DNA of 64,000 nt from Chrysomallon squamiferum (lineage: Eukaryota > Animalia > Mollusca). Below are positions 14,498 through 28,131 of this stretch, piece by piece. Position numbers and translations under genes: made by a program. The stretch covers positions 7,254,001 through 7,318,000 of the forward strand of contig CM022677.1 of NCBI GenBank assembly GCA_012295275.1. Direction: 5' to 3'. The notes under the pieces are model-generated. The model searched no databases, was not told the DNA's origin, and saw only the letters and a program-made list of their open reading frames with translations. Within the stretch, counting starts at the first letter, position 1. Each line of letters opens with the position of its first letter.

Positions 14498-14633
14498 AAA
14501 AAAGAGATATCACTGCTGGAATATTCTTAACATATTTACTGTTGCTTGTTTCTGTGATTCATTTTAAATAATATTTAACAAATTAATTAATTAAATGAAT
14601 ATTTATTTGTTGAAGAGGCTTCTTAGAATTTAT

Positions 14634-14689
<56 letters not shown>

Positions 14690-15759
14690 GAAGATTATGT
14701 AGAATCATTTCTTTTTCTTCTTGTTCTCCTTTCTTTTTTTAATTTTAATTTTAATGTTTATATATATATATATATCATTCTTTATGTAAATTGTTCTTCT
14801 CACACAACTTGTTCATGTTTCACGCATGATTCACTTTCTGGCTTGTTTTAGTTTCTCTTTCAGTAACATCTCACTTTATTAGAAATGTGATGTTGAACAT
14901 ATTTATTTACTTTACTTACTACCTCGTTTGGTTTTGATATATTAGTTATGATTGTTGTTAAGCTTTATACTGAATGAATACTAGCTAGTTTTCAAGTAAA
15001 TCCTATAAGTGAATAAATATAATTTTGCTATGTTTAAAATTTGTCTTGTTATGTTTCTCGTCTGCTAGAACAGTAACGTTGGAAATGTCTGTTCGTCAAA
15101 ACTGTTTGAGTAACCAATATTTATTTTTGTTTTCTTTTGATTTGTTTTACATTTTTGTCCTGTTTCTTTAGTAAATTTTATATTCCAAAATATATCTATC
15201 CATATGTTATTAGCAGCTATGCTTATAAAGTTGTTATTATTCACCTATTTCCTTATTTAAAGCTTGGGCTAATATAATTGTATCTATAATAGTTCTTCTT
15301 TCTTTAATATTTATTAGAAAAGTATTACTTTGTAATTACATAATTATTACCTGATGACTTGGTTATGATTATGTGATTTTTATTACATCTAATAATGTAA
15401 ATGTTGGCAAGGGTTCGTTACCCTGACAAAATGTAATTTATAACATAAAAATGTTACAGTTTGTGAAAAAGTATTTTCATTACATACAAATAGTCATAAT
15501 TACATAACCTTAAAATGTTATGCAAGGAATGCAGAGGTCTGAGTGTATGTTGATATTTTGGGTATTGGATCATTTCATTATTTCATTGTTTACTTCATTA
15601 TTTACTTTTTATTTTTTTATTTTTTTAAGATATATATGTTTATGTGTGTGTGTATTTGTGTGCGTGAATGTGTTTGTGCATGTGTGTGTTTTAGTTGTTT
15701 TTTGTAGTGTCCAGGTTGTGTTGTTGTTTCCTTTGATTCAATGTTTTTATTTACTGCAG

Positions 15760-15834
15760 GACGTACATGATATTTATGCAATTGTGGAAAAATCTAAGAA
15801 GCATGGAGTGGATAAAAAACAAGTTAAAACCTAA
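15760..15834 (+). pseudogene. Orphan exon with a cytoplasmic tyrosine motif, DVHDIYAIVEKSKKHGVDKKQVKT*
   Basis: tttttatttactgcag acceptor and a Y-A-x-V-x-K-x-K-K motif. No transmembrane exon clearly linked to it. Confidence 0.5.
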
Positions 15835-16373
15835 AGAGAAGACAAAGAAAACTGGTTTGTATGACTGAGATTTCTAAAATTATATTGCAACAGTTTTCTT
15901 TACATCACATATGTAGAAAAGAAAGAGAAAAAAGTTATTTGGTTCTTACCTTTGTAATTTCATTTATAGTTTTAGGCAAATGTAATAAAGAGGTGTATAT
16001 CTGCAGTATGTTTATAATTTTATTCTGATCTTATTTGTTAAGAAAACCTCTTTGACATCACACCAAATATAAAACAGAAGATTTCTTTGGTATCTTCTCT
16101 GAATGTTAATTTTTGTTTGAACACATGGAAACAAGCTGTTTTTGATACGTTATAATTATATATAGGGAATAATTTTGCTTCGTTAATATTTGTGTCTAGT
16201 CTTTAATAATATTCAATATTTGCTTCTTACTATTGTTTGTTTTAAATTTTAAGAAAAATTTTTGGTATTATTTTTGTTAATGAAAAATTGCATTATTTTT
16301 TCATGCTTATAAAGATCACATTGTTATTATTATTAATATATCATCAACATCATCAAGATTATTTATTTTTCAG

Positions 16374-16396
16374 GTGGGCCAGACATTGTTATGTAA
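16374..16396 (+). pseudogene. Truncated copy of the start of the Ig exon at 17013
   Basis: ~75 bp of upstream intron plus ag|GTGGGCCAGAC matches 16930-17025, then TAA. Confidence 0.65.
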
Positions 16397-17012
16397 TGGA
16401 ATAATATGAGAATGCATGATGCATTGATAATTATTTCTATTATCAAGGTTACAAACCATTGAGAAAAGATGTCTTATTATTTAAGAGATAAACACTTTAT
16501 GGTGTGTTTTTGTGCATACATAAATAAATACATAATATATATATATGCTATATGATGTGTTACAAAGGATCATGAAGATATTCATGTGTAGGTTATTTCA
16601 ATTTGTTCATACAACCCAGAAACTAATGTTAAAGTTAACAACACAGAAGGACTTTGCACTAAGATTACAAATAGATAATGCATAGATTCTCATTTACCCA
16701 AATGAAATTGACAATATTAATGATGTAACCTTGACAGATTTTATGAAACAGAAACAGTAATGTTTCAAAAGTTCTGATAACAAACTCTACTGGGGGTGGC
16801 TTTTCTCCTACCTTTTCTGGTGGGATTTTCTCCTCCTGTTCATTTTTGGACTGCTGGGCTTCTATGTTCTTATCCCATTAAAACATCATTGAAGATAGAA
16901 ATTAGCTGCATTCTTGAAAATCAGCTTTTCTCATGCTTGTAAAAATCACATTGTTATTATTATTAATATATTATTTTAATCATCATCATCATCAAGATTA
17001 TTTAATTTTTAG

Positions 17013-17267
17013 GTGGACCAGACAGTGTTGACTTGACTTCTCCAGGAAACGTTGAAGAAGGAGATGATTTGAATGTAAACTGTGTTGCTGTCTGCAAGCC
17101 GCCATGTTTGTTTTCCTGGTCTCTTAACAATCAACAGACTGAGTCAGGGTCTGAGCTCAGTGTTACAAATGTGAGAAGAAACCAGACAGGACAGAAGTAC
17201 ACATGTACTGTGACTAACAGAGTCTCAGCCAAATCTCTCACTAAACGTTTCACTCTGAAAGTATGCT
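17013..17267 (+). CDS. Orphan, intact I/C2-set Ig exon, GPDSVDLTSPGNVEEGDDLNVNCVAVCKPPCLFSW...GQKYTCTVTN...FTLKVC
   Basis: tttttag acceptor, T|gtgagt donor, 255 nt, phase 1-1, open. Pattern GP..EG...C.A.C.PPC...W...YTC...N is typical of CEACAM/hemicentin-like invertebrate Ig domains. Confidence 0.8.
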
Positions 17268-18019
17268 GTGAGTTTTATTTAAAAATAATTTTAGAGATTT
17301 ATTTATTTATAACTGATCTAAATACATTTTATTATTATTATTAATATTATTAATAGTAGTTGTAGTAATTATTGTTAGGTGACCAATGATAGCCATGTAT
17401 ATAAAGTAGACAATAAAATAGTACTGGTACAAAATTTTCGTTATTTCAGTTTGATCAGATCAGTATAATTATAATGGCAGCAGCAGATATTTCTTTGAAT
17501 TTAACTGAAATATACAACTGAAACAAAGACAAAACCCAAAAATTCAAGGCTGTATGTACAAGCAACAATAATCTGAATTTTTAAATTTCTGTTAAAAGAG
17601 GATTTTTAGAGTAATAGATAATAACATACTACTTTGTTTAGAAACACATATTAGGCTTTGAAGATTTCTTTAATCAGATTTCAATGAAAACAAAATATTT
17701 TTGAGAGAACATTAAAATTTGTTCACTATCTGATCAAGAATTTCGCTTCTATAAAAAAAAATGAATAAAAAATAGCAGTACTAGATACTTGGAACTTGGA
17801 TCCTTTTGGCATTTTACTTTGTTATTAGTTAAAATTGGTCAACAAATCAATCACTTGTAAGTACACTAAATATTTATATGTTATAGTTTCTAGGTATTGT
17901 CTTACTTGCCTCTTCCTTTGTGTCACACCATTTCCAAGCCAGTAACTTAAGATGATTTATCTAAAACTGTTGTTTACTCCTTCCTCAGTGTAATCCTTAA
18001 TTAAAACATTTCTCCCTTC

Positions 18020-18065
<46 letters not shown>

Positions 18066-18127
18066 TATGCATATGCACTGTTTTAATACAGACTGCAAAC
18101 ATTTTAATTTTCTTGTGTTATCAAAAG

Positions 18128-18354
18128 ATCCAGAAAATATTAAACTGAACAGAAATTCACCAGTACAGATAGTAGAAGGTAAAAACATGGCTGTTTTGTG
18201 TGAGGCAGACTGTGATGAAGTCTGCTCTTACAAGTGGAAGTGTCAGACAAAGGAAATAAACGATGCTGTACTTTCTTTACTAACAATTGATAAAACAACA
18301 AGAGTCTGCTATGCATTTTCAAATATATCTGAGTCTGTGGTTCCTTTTGATTGA
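18128..18354 (+). pseudogene. Degenerate I/C2-set Ig exon, PENIKLN...VEGKNMAVLCEADCDEVCSYKW...
   Basis: Same EG...C.A.C...C.Y.W pattern, but the F-strand D-x-G-x-Y-x-C is eroded, the acceptor is weak, and it ends in TGA with no donor. Confidence 0.65.
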
Positions 18355-18933
18355 ACAAAACAAATCTAAACAACACAACAGCAGCCACAACTTTCTTTTC
18401 ACTTTTGTGTACTTTATATGCAAATATTTTCACTTTTTTGTTTTCTTCTTCTTCTTTTTTGGGGGGGTCTGTGCATTTTGCAGTATATTTTATTTACATA
18501 TTTATATAATTTCTTTGTAAATAATTAACTGTGTATCGGACATGGGACATTGCAAATTGCTTGATACAGAACAATATTTATTTTGTTTTAAATAAAAATA
18601 AATTAAAATAGAAATTAAAAAATATAAAATAAAATAAATACAACTCTATGAATGAATGTTCCATAATGGTTTTCACAGTAATGTTTTTTTCCGCATAGTT
18701 TTATTCGGACGAGCAATCAATATTTAAATTTATAATCATTATATTGGATGGTCAGAAACATTTTCAGACTGTCTGTTTCAGGAACAACGACCCATATACA
18801 AGGCGTGAAATAATACCAAATAAATCTTCCCAAAAAGGAACTAATAATAAAAAGCTGCGTAACAGAGTAAGATTGAACGTGTACCAGTTTTAATTTCAGC
18901 GTTTTTTTTTTTTTTTTTTTTTTTTTTTTTCAG

Positions 18934-18957
18934 TGGATTTGTGGTCTCTTGTTTATG
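18934..18957 (+). other. Probable short non-coding 5' exon of IgSF copy B
   Basis: Long poly-T + cag acceptor and ATG|gtgagt donor. The copy B signal exon begins with an acceptor, so it needs an upstream exon. Confidence 0.4.
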
Positions 18958-19231
18958 GTGAGTATATTGCTGTAATTATATTAAATTATCACATTTTCCT
19001 TTTTTATACACAAATCATAGAGTCTGTAGTATAAATCATGGAATAATTATACTGGATATTGTTATGTTGAAAATGATTCATTTGGTTGTGAATAAGACGT
19101 TCTTGATATACTAACTACTGACAGGAACCGCAAGGTACTGAAATATAAGCCGCGTTAAAATACTAATTTTGTAGAGAGTGAAACTAATTAAGATATACCT
19201 ATATCTCAGATTTGTTTCTTGAACAGTTAAA

Positions 19232-19296
<65 letters not shown>

Positions 19297-21279
19297 CATC
19301 AAGTTCAATTCGTTGCGGGGCCTAGCTCGTAACTCAATTTGCTCGTAAATCAAATCAGTTTTCCCAACTGAAATTTAAAAAACAATACAATTAATGTTTT
19401 CTAGCCCCACAAAAACCACCCCAATTTTTAGTGACATGTTTTTAAATAAGAAGAATGTATTTATAAAGTACAAATATTGTATAAAAAAACAACAACAAAA
19501 AAAAGAATGTAAAGAAATAAATTGGTTTTGTAAAGTGTGCAGGGTTAGGATTTTTCCATCTTTTCGTTGAAAGAGGCCTGCTGCTTATAAATTATTTTAA
19601 CACCTTTCACTGGAGGTTATAGCCTTTATCAGCTCCTTCGACTTCAGTATGGTACATATACTGCGCTGGTACTGCCTAGCCAAGTCGACTACGTGCATAG
19701 ATATAGAAAATTCTGACCAAACATTAGATGCAAAAACCTCTTAGGAGACATGAGCTTGTCCACATACAACTGTTACACTCATTTCTATACATAACATAAA
19801 ATCTGAAGAGAAAAGAAAAAGAGAACCATTTAGGTTTGGTTGCAATAAGCACAATAAATGGCGAAACAAGTCAATATATCTGATCAAACAAAATCTACTT
19901 CTGTGGGCAGTTTTTTACTGTTGCAGTTCTTCTGGAGCAAAGTTGTTTCATTTCAGTTTAAATGCAATTCAGTGTCATTCTACTCTCTTCATTGCCAAAA
20001 TATGAATGTTGTTAAACATTACGAATAATTTGTTCTGTCTGCTAATATTTTGGGTTTTGTGAACATTTCATTTGAGATAGAAAAGAATATAATTAAAATA
20101 AACTTCTTTTGCATTTTAAAAAAGACAAAAGAAAAGACAACATTAAGCACAATGATCTTGTTATATAATGTCAGATGGGCAGACATCATTTGCATATGAA
20201 TAAATACAAGTTTCTGGTGTCCTTATTTCATTTGTTAATGGCTTTTAATAACTGTCTTATTTGCAATCAGTCTGTTTATGTCAGGAGGAGCTGCCTATCG
20301 ATGGTTGTTCTTTATGTAACACAGAACAAGCAAGAGTTTCCCCTTGATGTGAATGTCAAGCTTTATCTACCAATCAGAGGGATATATTTCTGATGTCGTT
20401 CATTTCTGTATATCTCTGTAATAAAGAAAAAGTCATGAAAATCATCAAACCTACAAGATTATTGATCATGCTATTTCTTATATATTAACATTGCCATATT
20501 TGAATTAATGTTACTGGTTTTTTATCATAATCAATTAATTTCATTAATCGTTTTCCACTTGACACTTATCACCATCTGTGTGAAACCATTTTCTGAAACA
20601 AAACAAAAAAAAGAGAAAAACAAATCTTTTCTTGCTTCTGTTGCACACCTATTTCCATGCAGCATCAGATTTCTATGTGGTTTTGTACTTTCAGTTTTCT
20701 TGACCAGTTCAAATTGAAATAAACTATGAACAACATTATAATATATTTAGTCTATGAAATATACTATATCTTGTAAAGTATCAATATTACCTCTGCCTAT
20801 TTGGTAACATTTTTTTTTTACCATGTTGATGTACATGCATGCATACATCTTCTTCAATTCAACAAGATGTTGATAATTTTTCATCGTGTAATATTTCTAA
20901 CTAATGGGACATTTTTAATAAAGTAAAATGTTGAAAAAATAATTATGCACAAAAGTACTCACTTAAGTGAGCACTGATTCTTAGTAAAACATTTTCTCAT
21001 GCTCACAGTAATGCATTTAAAATTTTCTTATGGTTTGGACAGTCTTCAGAATTTTGTAGTGATCTCTGCAATTTTCATAGTAATTTGAGATGCACTACAA
21101 AACAAAATGTTCTGTGGAGACTGCAAATTTCTGAAACAAAGATCTTTAATGCATTCTTTTGTTATTATTATTAATGTATTACTAATGGTAGTTACATTTA
21201 TCATGTTGGATAGTGTATGTGGTTGAGTTTAGATAAATTTATTGATACTGAAGTACATAATTTTGTTCTTTCTACAGAA

Positions 21280-23503
21280 ATGGTTTTCCACTGCACTGTC
21301 CTCCTCTTTGCTGTGACCACTGTTCTCTTCACCTGGGTCTCGGTTGAAGGTGAGTGTGTTCCACGTCAGTTACATATATAAAGCTGTTTTTTACCGAATA
21401 GTAGGAATTTTGTGTAAGCTGATCTTGGCAGTTTACAACAATCACCTAATAGAATCTTTTCTCAGTAGTTGAAAATTGTTTCATGATTTTATCTGTTCAA
21501 AAACATTTTACTTTGAATGAGTAAAATCACATTTTTACAGCTAAATAATATAAATTTCAAATCTGAGGTGCTAATTTTTAAACAGTAAAACATAAATGAT
21601 GATGAATGTTGATGCAATTAGTTGAGCATTTCATCAACAGGAAATGTTTATCATTATAAAACAAATGCACTGTTTTATACATCACAGATTTGACCCAAGT
21701 TAAAGGATTTATGTGGATATATGTTTGATTAAAAATCACTTCTTGAAAATGGGCAGCTATATTGCAGTTGAAAAAACAACAACAGAAGGTAGATAAAATG
21801 CTAAGGAAATTAAAGAGTTTCTACCACTTATGAACAAAAATTTCAGTTTTGAGTTTGTTTTTAATATCAAGTAACCATATGTCACATATTTTACTATTAC
21901 TTGTAACTAAAAGCTTATGGAAAGTAAAAAGAAGAAAATGGTTTATTTTTTTGGTATAAAGACAAGCATCTTTTCATCCAAGCAGTCTTAAATAATTCCC
22001 ATAGCTCTTAACACCTTGCCAGTCTAAATTTCAAAACTGTCAAATTTAAACAAACCAAATATCATAAAATATTATTAACAATTTGAAGTCTGTGGTGAAA
22101 CTGTTTAATGTTCATTACGAATATTTTTGCATCATAACACATCTGGTCTGAAAACCGACTCGTGCTCCCAGTTATAGGATGTTTTGACTCACCTTGTACT
22201 AATTATATGTACCAATTGTTACTTTGTGTAAGAGGTCCATAAAATGATGTTGATATAAAAAAAAGACAGTTTAAAAACTTTCTCTTACAATTTATATGGG
22301 AATCATGCTGTTATCTGTTCACAGTTCGTAACACACAGCAAAAATTGATGAAAATACCTAAATGTGAGGTCTTATGTGAAACTGATCTTATTATATGCAT
22401 ATATAACGTGTGTGCAAACTGCCTCCATTGGTGACAGAGGTCATCTCAGTGACAAAAGTTGACATCAAAACCCAGAATAGTTTCTGGGGTTATAAACACA
22501 ATAACCTGATTCACATGAGATCTTTTGGTCAAAGTTATCCATTTGTATAGATTTTATAACAAACTGATTGATAAAAAACTGTTTCTATATCACCAAGTAC
22601 TACAGAGATGGCTGGCTGCCTGTGACTAGCTGTCCATGTGGGAAGATCATGTGAAGAACTGATGGAATAGCTGAACTAAAATGCATTGCTTTTCTCTTGA
22701 GAATTGGGGTTTGAAATTTGTTTTATTATAATGTTGTTATCATTACCTGCAGCCTACCATTTTCTGTCTTGGACCCTACATGTATAGGCTTGTAAATAGT
22801 AATATTTACTGTAAATGTAATTATGTAAACTAATTTATCATAACCATCTCAATTAATTTTTATGCAAGTTTCCAAAAACTGTGTTTATTGTGACAATACA
22901 TTTACAGTAAATATTACTATTTACAAGCCTATACATGTACGGTCCAAGACAGAAAATGGTACACTGCAGGTAATGATAACAACATTATAATAAAAATTAT
23001 GTTAAATACTTTCACAGTTTTGGCATTAATATAAAATGTCTTTTTCAAGAATCTGTTTTATTAGAAACACAATATCAATGCATTCATGTATATATTTACA
23101 TACATAGGGTTCAAGCTTTATTCATTTATTTCTCTATACCTATCATTCTCTTTATAAACAAATAATATTGTGTTTTACAGGTAAAGCAAGTACATACATA
23201 GATTGCTTGGATGCAGCAACAGAATGGCAGAAGACAAAGTTAATCTGTAAAGTGTCTGGAACAGTAACAGGTGGAATAAAATATTTACGTCCAAATTCTG
23301 GAAAACCAGAAGAAGTTTTGACCTGTAATGTAGATACAACTGATTGTGACACTGTTGCGAATAGACCTGGATATTGTTTTGTATTACACAAATCACACTT
23401 ATTATAAAGTCTTTTAACAAAACTGTTGATGAAGGAACATGGAGCTGTATTGATGGCATACCTCCTGGTATTGGTAATACTACTTGCAGCAAAATAACTT
23501 CAG
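21280..23503 (+). pseudogene. IgSF copy B, paralog of gene A (exons 21280-21349 and 23181-23503), frameshifted
   Basis: Signal exon MVFHCTVLLFAVTTVLFTWVSVE(G) is intact. The Ig exon is 323 nt versus 333 because gactcgtcta is deleted after gtatta, giving TAA at 23405-23407. Flanks are homologous to ~340-1250 and ~6184-6740. Confidence 0.85.
22721..22995. repeat. Near-perfect inverted repeat, ~99-bp arms with ~77-bp spacer (foldback/MITE-like)
   Basis: 22721-22819 is the reverse complement of 22897-22995 with about 4 mismatches. Confidence 0.9.
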
Positions 23504-26500
23504 GTAAGTTGATATAAATTATATAAAATATATTTTATGTGGTAAACAGTTTCAGCTGTGTAATTGTCTACATGTGAAGGGTGCTAATGGCAATTCCATC
23601 CAAATGTCACATTCTCATGATCTGAGAGAAAAATGTTAATGAAAATAAACATTTATTTTTGCTGCAATAAATTTTTATCAGATTCCAATTGAAAATCTAG
23701 GCAGTTTTATATTACAAAGTTAGTTATGTCTAAAAAGTGCTGTTCTCAGAACATCTGTACAAAATGACATAATTTTACCTTATGCATGTTCATAAACTGA
23801 ATCTCCACCATAAAGGTTCTGTTAAGAATTCCTAAAAATAAGACTATCATATCTTCATACAGTTTCAAACAGAAGCTAGTTAAAAGCTGCCAGTGTTAAT
23901 CATGCAGATGTGTCAGGTTGACTGCTTGATATATGTAATATTTCAGAAAATAATTTCTTGACATATTGCCTTACAAGAAATATCCATCATTTATTCATTA
24001 ATTTCATAGAAACTGATGCAAATGTAAACACATCTTCTAAAATGCAATTATTCTTTATCATCTTTTATTTAAAAAAAAGAAAGAAAAAGTATTTTCATAT
24101 TGAACAACAAAACATAAAACAGAAAGCTTGGTCTCAAAAGAAGTAGAAAAGTAAAGGCCAGTTATGGACTTCCTGAAATATTTAGGTCACACACATACAC
24201 ACACGCATTTTTTTATTTTTTTTTTTTATTTCATTGTTTGAATTCTTCTTAACTGTTAATTTTTTTTGTTAATTAGATCTTTATTGTAGTTGTATTTCTT
24301 TTTTCAGTTGGTCTACTTCAAAACAGCATCCTCAAGTGAAAAGTCAAACAGAAGAACACTGAGCAAAATTAAGACATGGTAAAATAAATTATCATCCCAG
24401 CTGTTTAGACTTTCTAGCATCTCTGCTAGGTTTACACTTTTACATAGAGGCTGAAAATGTTTAATTGGCATTTAGCATGGAAGAAGAAAATGAAATATGT
24501 TAACACAAGATAATTATTTTATCAGCTTATTACAACCTGCACATTATTTAACTGATTTTTAGTTTTACAGCACCTACCATAGTCATCATCAGACCAGTCA
24601 CTGACACTGGATGGGGTATAGAAATAGCCAGTGAATTCCATTCTGTGTAACAAATGATTTATTATCTTCAGTAGAACATTTCTTTCCTCATTAAAGAAAA
24701 ACGGTAATAAAATGTTGGGATTAAAGATTTTTGTATTAAGTTAAATCTCAACTAATATGACAATAAATGAACTTTGATATTCCAGTTCTTAAAAAATAAA
24801 ACCAATAAAAAAAATAATTAATGTTATATATGGTCTTTTGATATTGGTGACAAATTGTCTATCTATGTATATATGCATTAACCTTCATGTAGTGGAACAG
24901 ATAAAGACATATTTTGGTATAACCGTTTATATGACAACATAAACATATAAAGTGCCAGAAATATAAAATAACTTAGACTTTTCTTTGAAAAATACCATGC
25001 AGTCATGATTTATAATTAGAAACCATAACCAAACTGAGTTAATTGTGTTAAAAGATGACTTTCAGTTGAAATTAAAGACAAATGGAATCCAGTACTTTTC
25101 TAGTAAGAAGATGAATAGATAACAGTAGATGGTGTTGAGTCAGAGTTTTTCATTCACTATTGCATTTTCACTTACAGCTGTATGATACAGTTGCTTCTCA
25201 TAGTATCCACCTTGATCCTACCACTTTTCAGATTCTGAATCAGTCTTGTGTATCAGATATCAGACTTTCAGTAAGAAATTCTTAAACTGAATATTATCCA
25301 TTGTGTAAACAGATGTATAATCACATTCAGGTTGATACTGCCTGATAAATTAACAATACATTGTTGTTACTTTTAATTTGGCACTTTTATATTTATATTT
25401 GACCTTTCCATAATGAAAAATATTTACATTTGTATTTCTTGACTTTTGCAAGGTATTTTATTAAATTTTTTTTCAAAAACATTTAACAATTCTTCTAAAA
25501 TGATTTCATATTTTGATCTGCTCCAGTGGAGAGAATATTCAGTGTGTCGCCTGATTGATGAGAATTTTGAAAATCTTATGTAATCAACAAAATTTGTAAA
25601 CTGATGAGACTAACAGTTGTTGTTGTGAAGTGGTGCAAAATGTGCCTCAGAATTAAAAGCATATTCGACTAAACACTGAGGAAATTATGAAAAAAGGTCA
25701 GGCCCAAATTTCTCACTAAAGAAGCCAGCTATTTGAAATTCGAAACACCGCAGTGAAGTATAGCTATATTTTTCTTTATTTAGTTTGAGTCATTCTAGGT
25801 GTCTGTGACTAGGCTGGGTCTATGGTTGTATGCCGTCTATGACTTTACAAAATTCAAATATTTTTCATATATATTTAGCCAGGTGTGCCATTGACAAAAC
25901 AAAAGTTGAGAACCTCTGTGCTAGATGAATGTTGTATTTACTATTGATATTACTGAAAATTAATTGTGCACCTTTCAGTGTCACAGTGTGATACTTTGTT
26001 TTATGACCGCAGTAACATGACATTCCGCGACACAATTTACATCTCTCCCTACATGAAATTACATGATTAATCTAAAATTCAAATTTATCAAATTATGTAA
26101 TTAAGAATATATCAGATTTTTTTTAAACACTAAGAAAAGTAAGTTAATCTAGAATGAAATTCCATGTTTATTCAATAATATAACTGATAATCTCTAATTA
26201 ATGTAATTTTAATTTCTCATAAAACTAATACAGACGTTTAAAAACTTGCGTCTTATTTTGTTATCGATGGTTAACATTATCAGTGTAAACAGCGATATTC
26301 TTTAGTTAAATGTGGCTTTATGAAAAGTTCACGATTTTCATGTAATTACATTATAAATAAATCAATTTATTATTATTATTATCATTATTATATACTTTTT
26401 TAAAAAATAAGTATTTATTTTTTATTTCGACAGAAACAATAAACTAAGAATAAATCTGATTTCTCTGAAACTTTCCGAGGCCTAATAAAAAATTCGAAGT

Positions 26501-27473
26501 AATTTTTATATCCGCACTCAGAACAGTTCTAATGAAACTAAGAGAATAGCGTCAAACATATAAAGGAAGCTTCCGTTTTTACAGAAAAATAAAAACAAAA
26601 CAAGAAATAAAAATATTAAGGTGTTATTACTGGTGTGGTTATTTAGCTGTTGACAAAGACAGGACTGTGACAACTATGGTGTCTGCTTCACTGACTCGTT
26701 GATAATTTCTGGGGAGCGGATATATTAATATCTAATGTAGTAAGAGAACTTCAGCTATAATAAGAAATATACAACTTGCGCTGATGTACACCTTTTAATG
26801 AATGTAATGAAAAAAAAAAAAATAAACTTCGCGTAATAAAATAACATGTTCACCTTCTTTGTTCTCAGCTAATCAATACACACCTTCGTGATTTCAGGGA
26901 ATTAAATCTGATATTTTTCAATATAACCTGATATAAATATACGATAATTAATAAAATATGAGATTAACATTTCTCAACATACTTAACCTACAAACTGTAA
27001 ATATCACTGCTCATAATTAATTTTCATCTTGTTCTTTTTATAAGTAATTAAACCACTTATTTTCATAACGCCATGTAGAATTATCATTTGTAACTGTCAG
27101 TTATGTCCAATAGATTAACTGTGGTTATCAATATTTCCTGTAGTCTATATAATATTTAAGTTCCACGTACAGTAAAAGTACACCTTTCTATTATAAATTT
27201 CGAATTAGCAAAGTAAAATATCACGTTACGTTAATAAAACGGACACTTCAAAGCGGTATCTAATGTTCTGCTGTGTGTGTTTTTCGGTGAAACATGTTCT
27301 AGTGTTTATAAAATGTTACACTAGATGCGCTCTCTTTATTTCTCGATATATTTTTGACATCACATACAAAGCTGCTCTAATTTTAAAAAATTACAACACG
27401 GAAACACCATCTATACTTAATGTTAGATACCTGTAATTTTCAGTATGTATACATTAAGTTTGTGTGTTCTTGG

Positions 27474-28131
27474 TTATAAAATTAATTATTTTGAAATACC
27501 TTTATTTATTATTGAAATTTCACAAATGTATTAAAACATATTTACTTTCATATATCATCTCATTCAAGAAGGATAGTTGAGAAATTCAGAAATAAAGAGG
27601 GTTTCCAGATTCCAATTCTGTGTTACTAACAAAATCAGGATTAGTTTTTAGCTGCACCTGAGATAGTACTGATAATTAAATATTGATTTTCTTTTTCTAG
27701 ACAGGTGTGTATTCAAACGCTGAGGTTTCTCTGTTAAATATTAGCAAATAATTAATTACATATGAAGTGATATTCATCTTGATATTTCTAGTTCAGAAGT
27801 ACAGTGAATATTCAGGAATAAAATATCGCAACCAGATAAAAATGATATTTCATTAGCAACTGTAATATTAATGTGATATTTCTCAACTGAAATTTTACTG
27901 TTGTGTTTACTACATCAGATCAGAATAATTTGTTACTATTTTGAGAGGTTACACTTTTATTTACAGATAAAAAAAAAAAAAAGGATACTATGCAAACAAT
28001 TTTTGAAATGTTTTAAAAATATTTATAAATGTATTGTGAGTGTGTCTCAATTATAAAATTAATTATTTTGAAATAATTTTACTTATTACTGAAATTTCAC
28101 AAATATATTAAAACGTATATACTTTCATATA
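27474..28131 (+). repeat. Dispersed ~80-bp direct repeat pair
   Basis: ttataaaattaattattttgaaata...gaaatttcacaaat.tattaaaac.tat.tactttcatatat at ~27474 and ~28051. A second pair (accatatcg...cctttatttattttatttgtt) lies at ~28329 and ~28538. Confidence 0.6.

Noticed and set aside
24571-24615. Possible 45-nt phase-1 stalk exon for copy B, (A)PTIVIIRPVTDTGW
   Set aside because: Weak donor, no counterpart in gene A, and the upstream frame is already broken. Cannot be supported.
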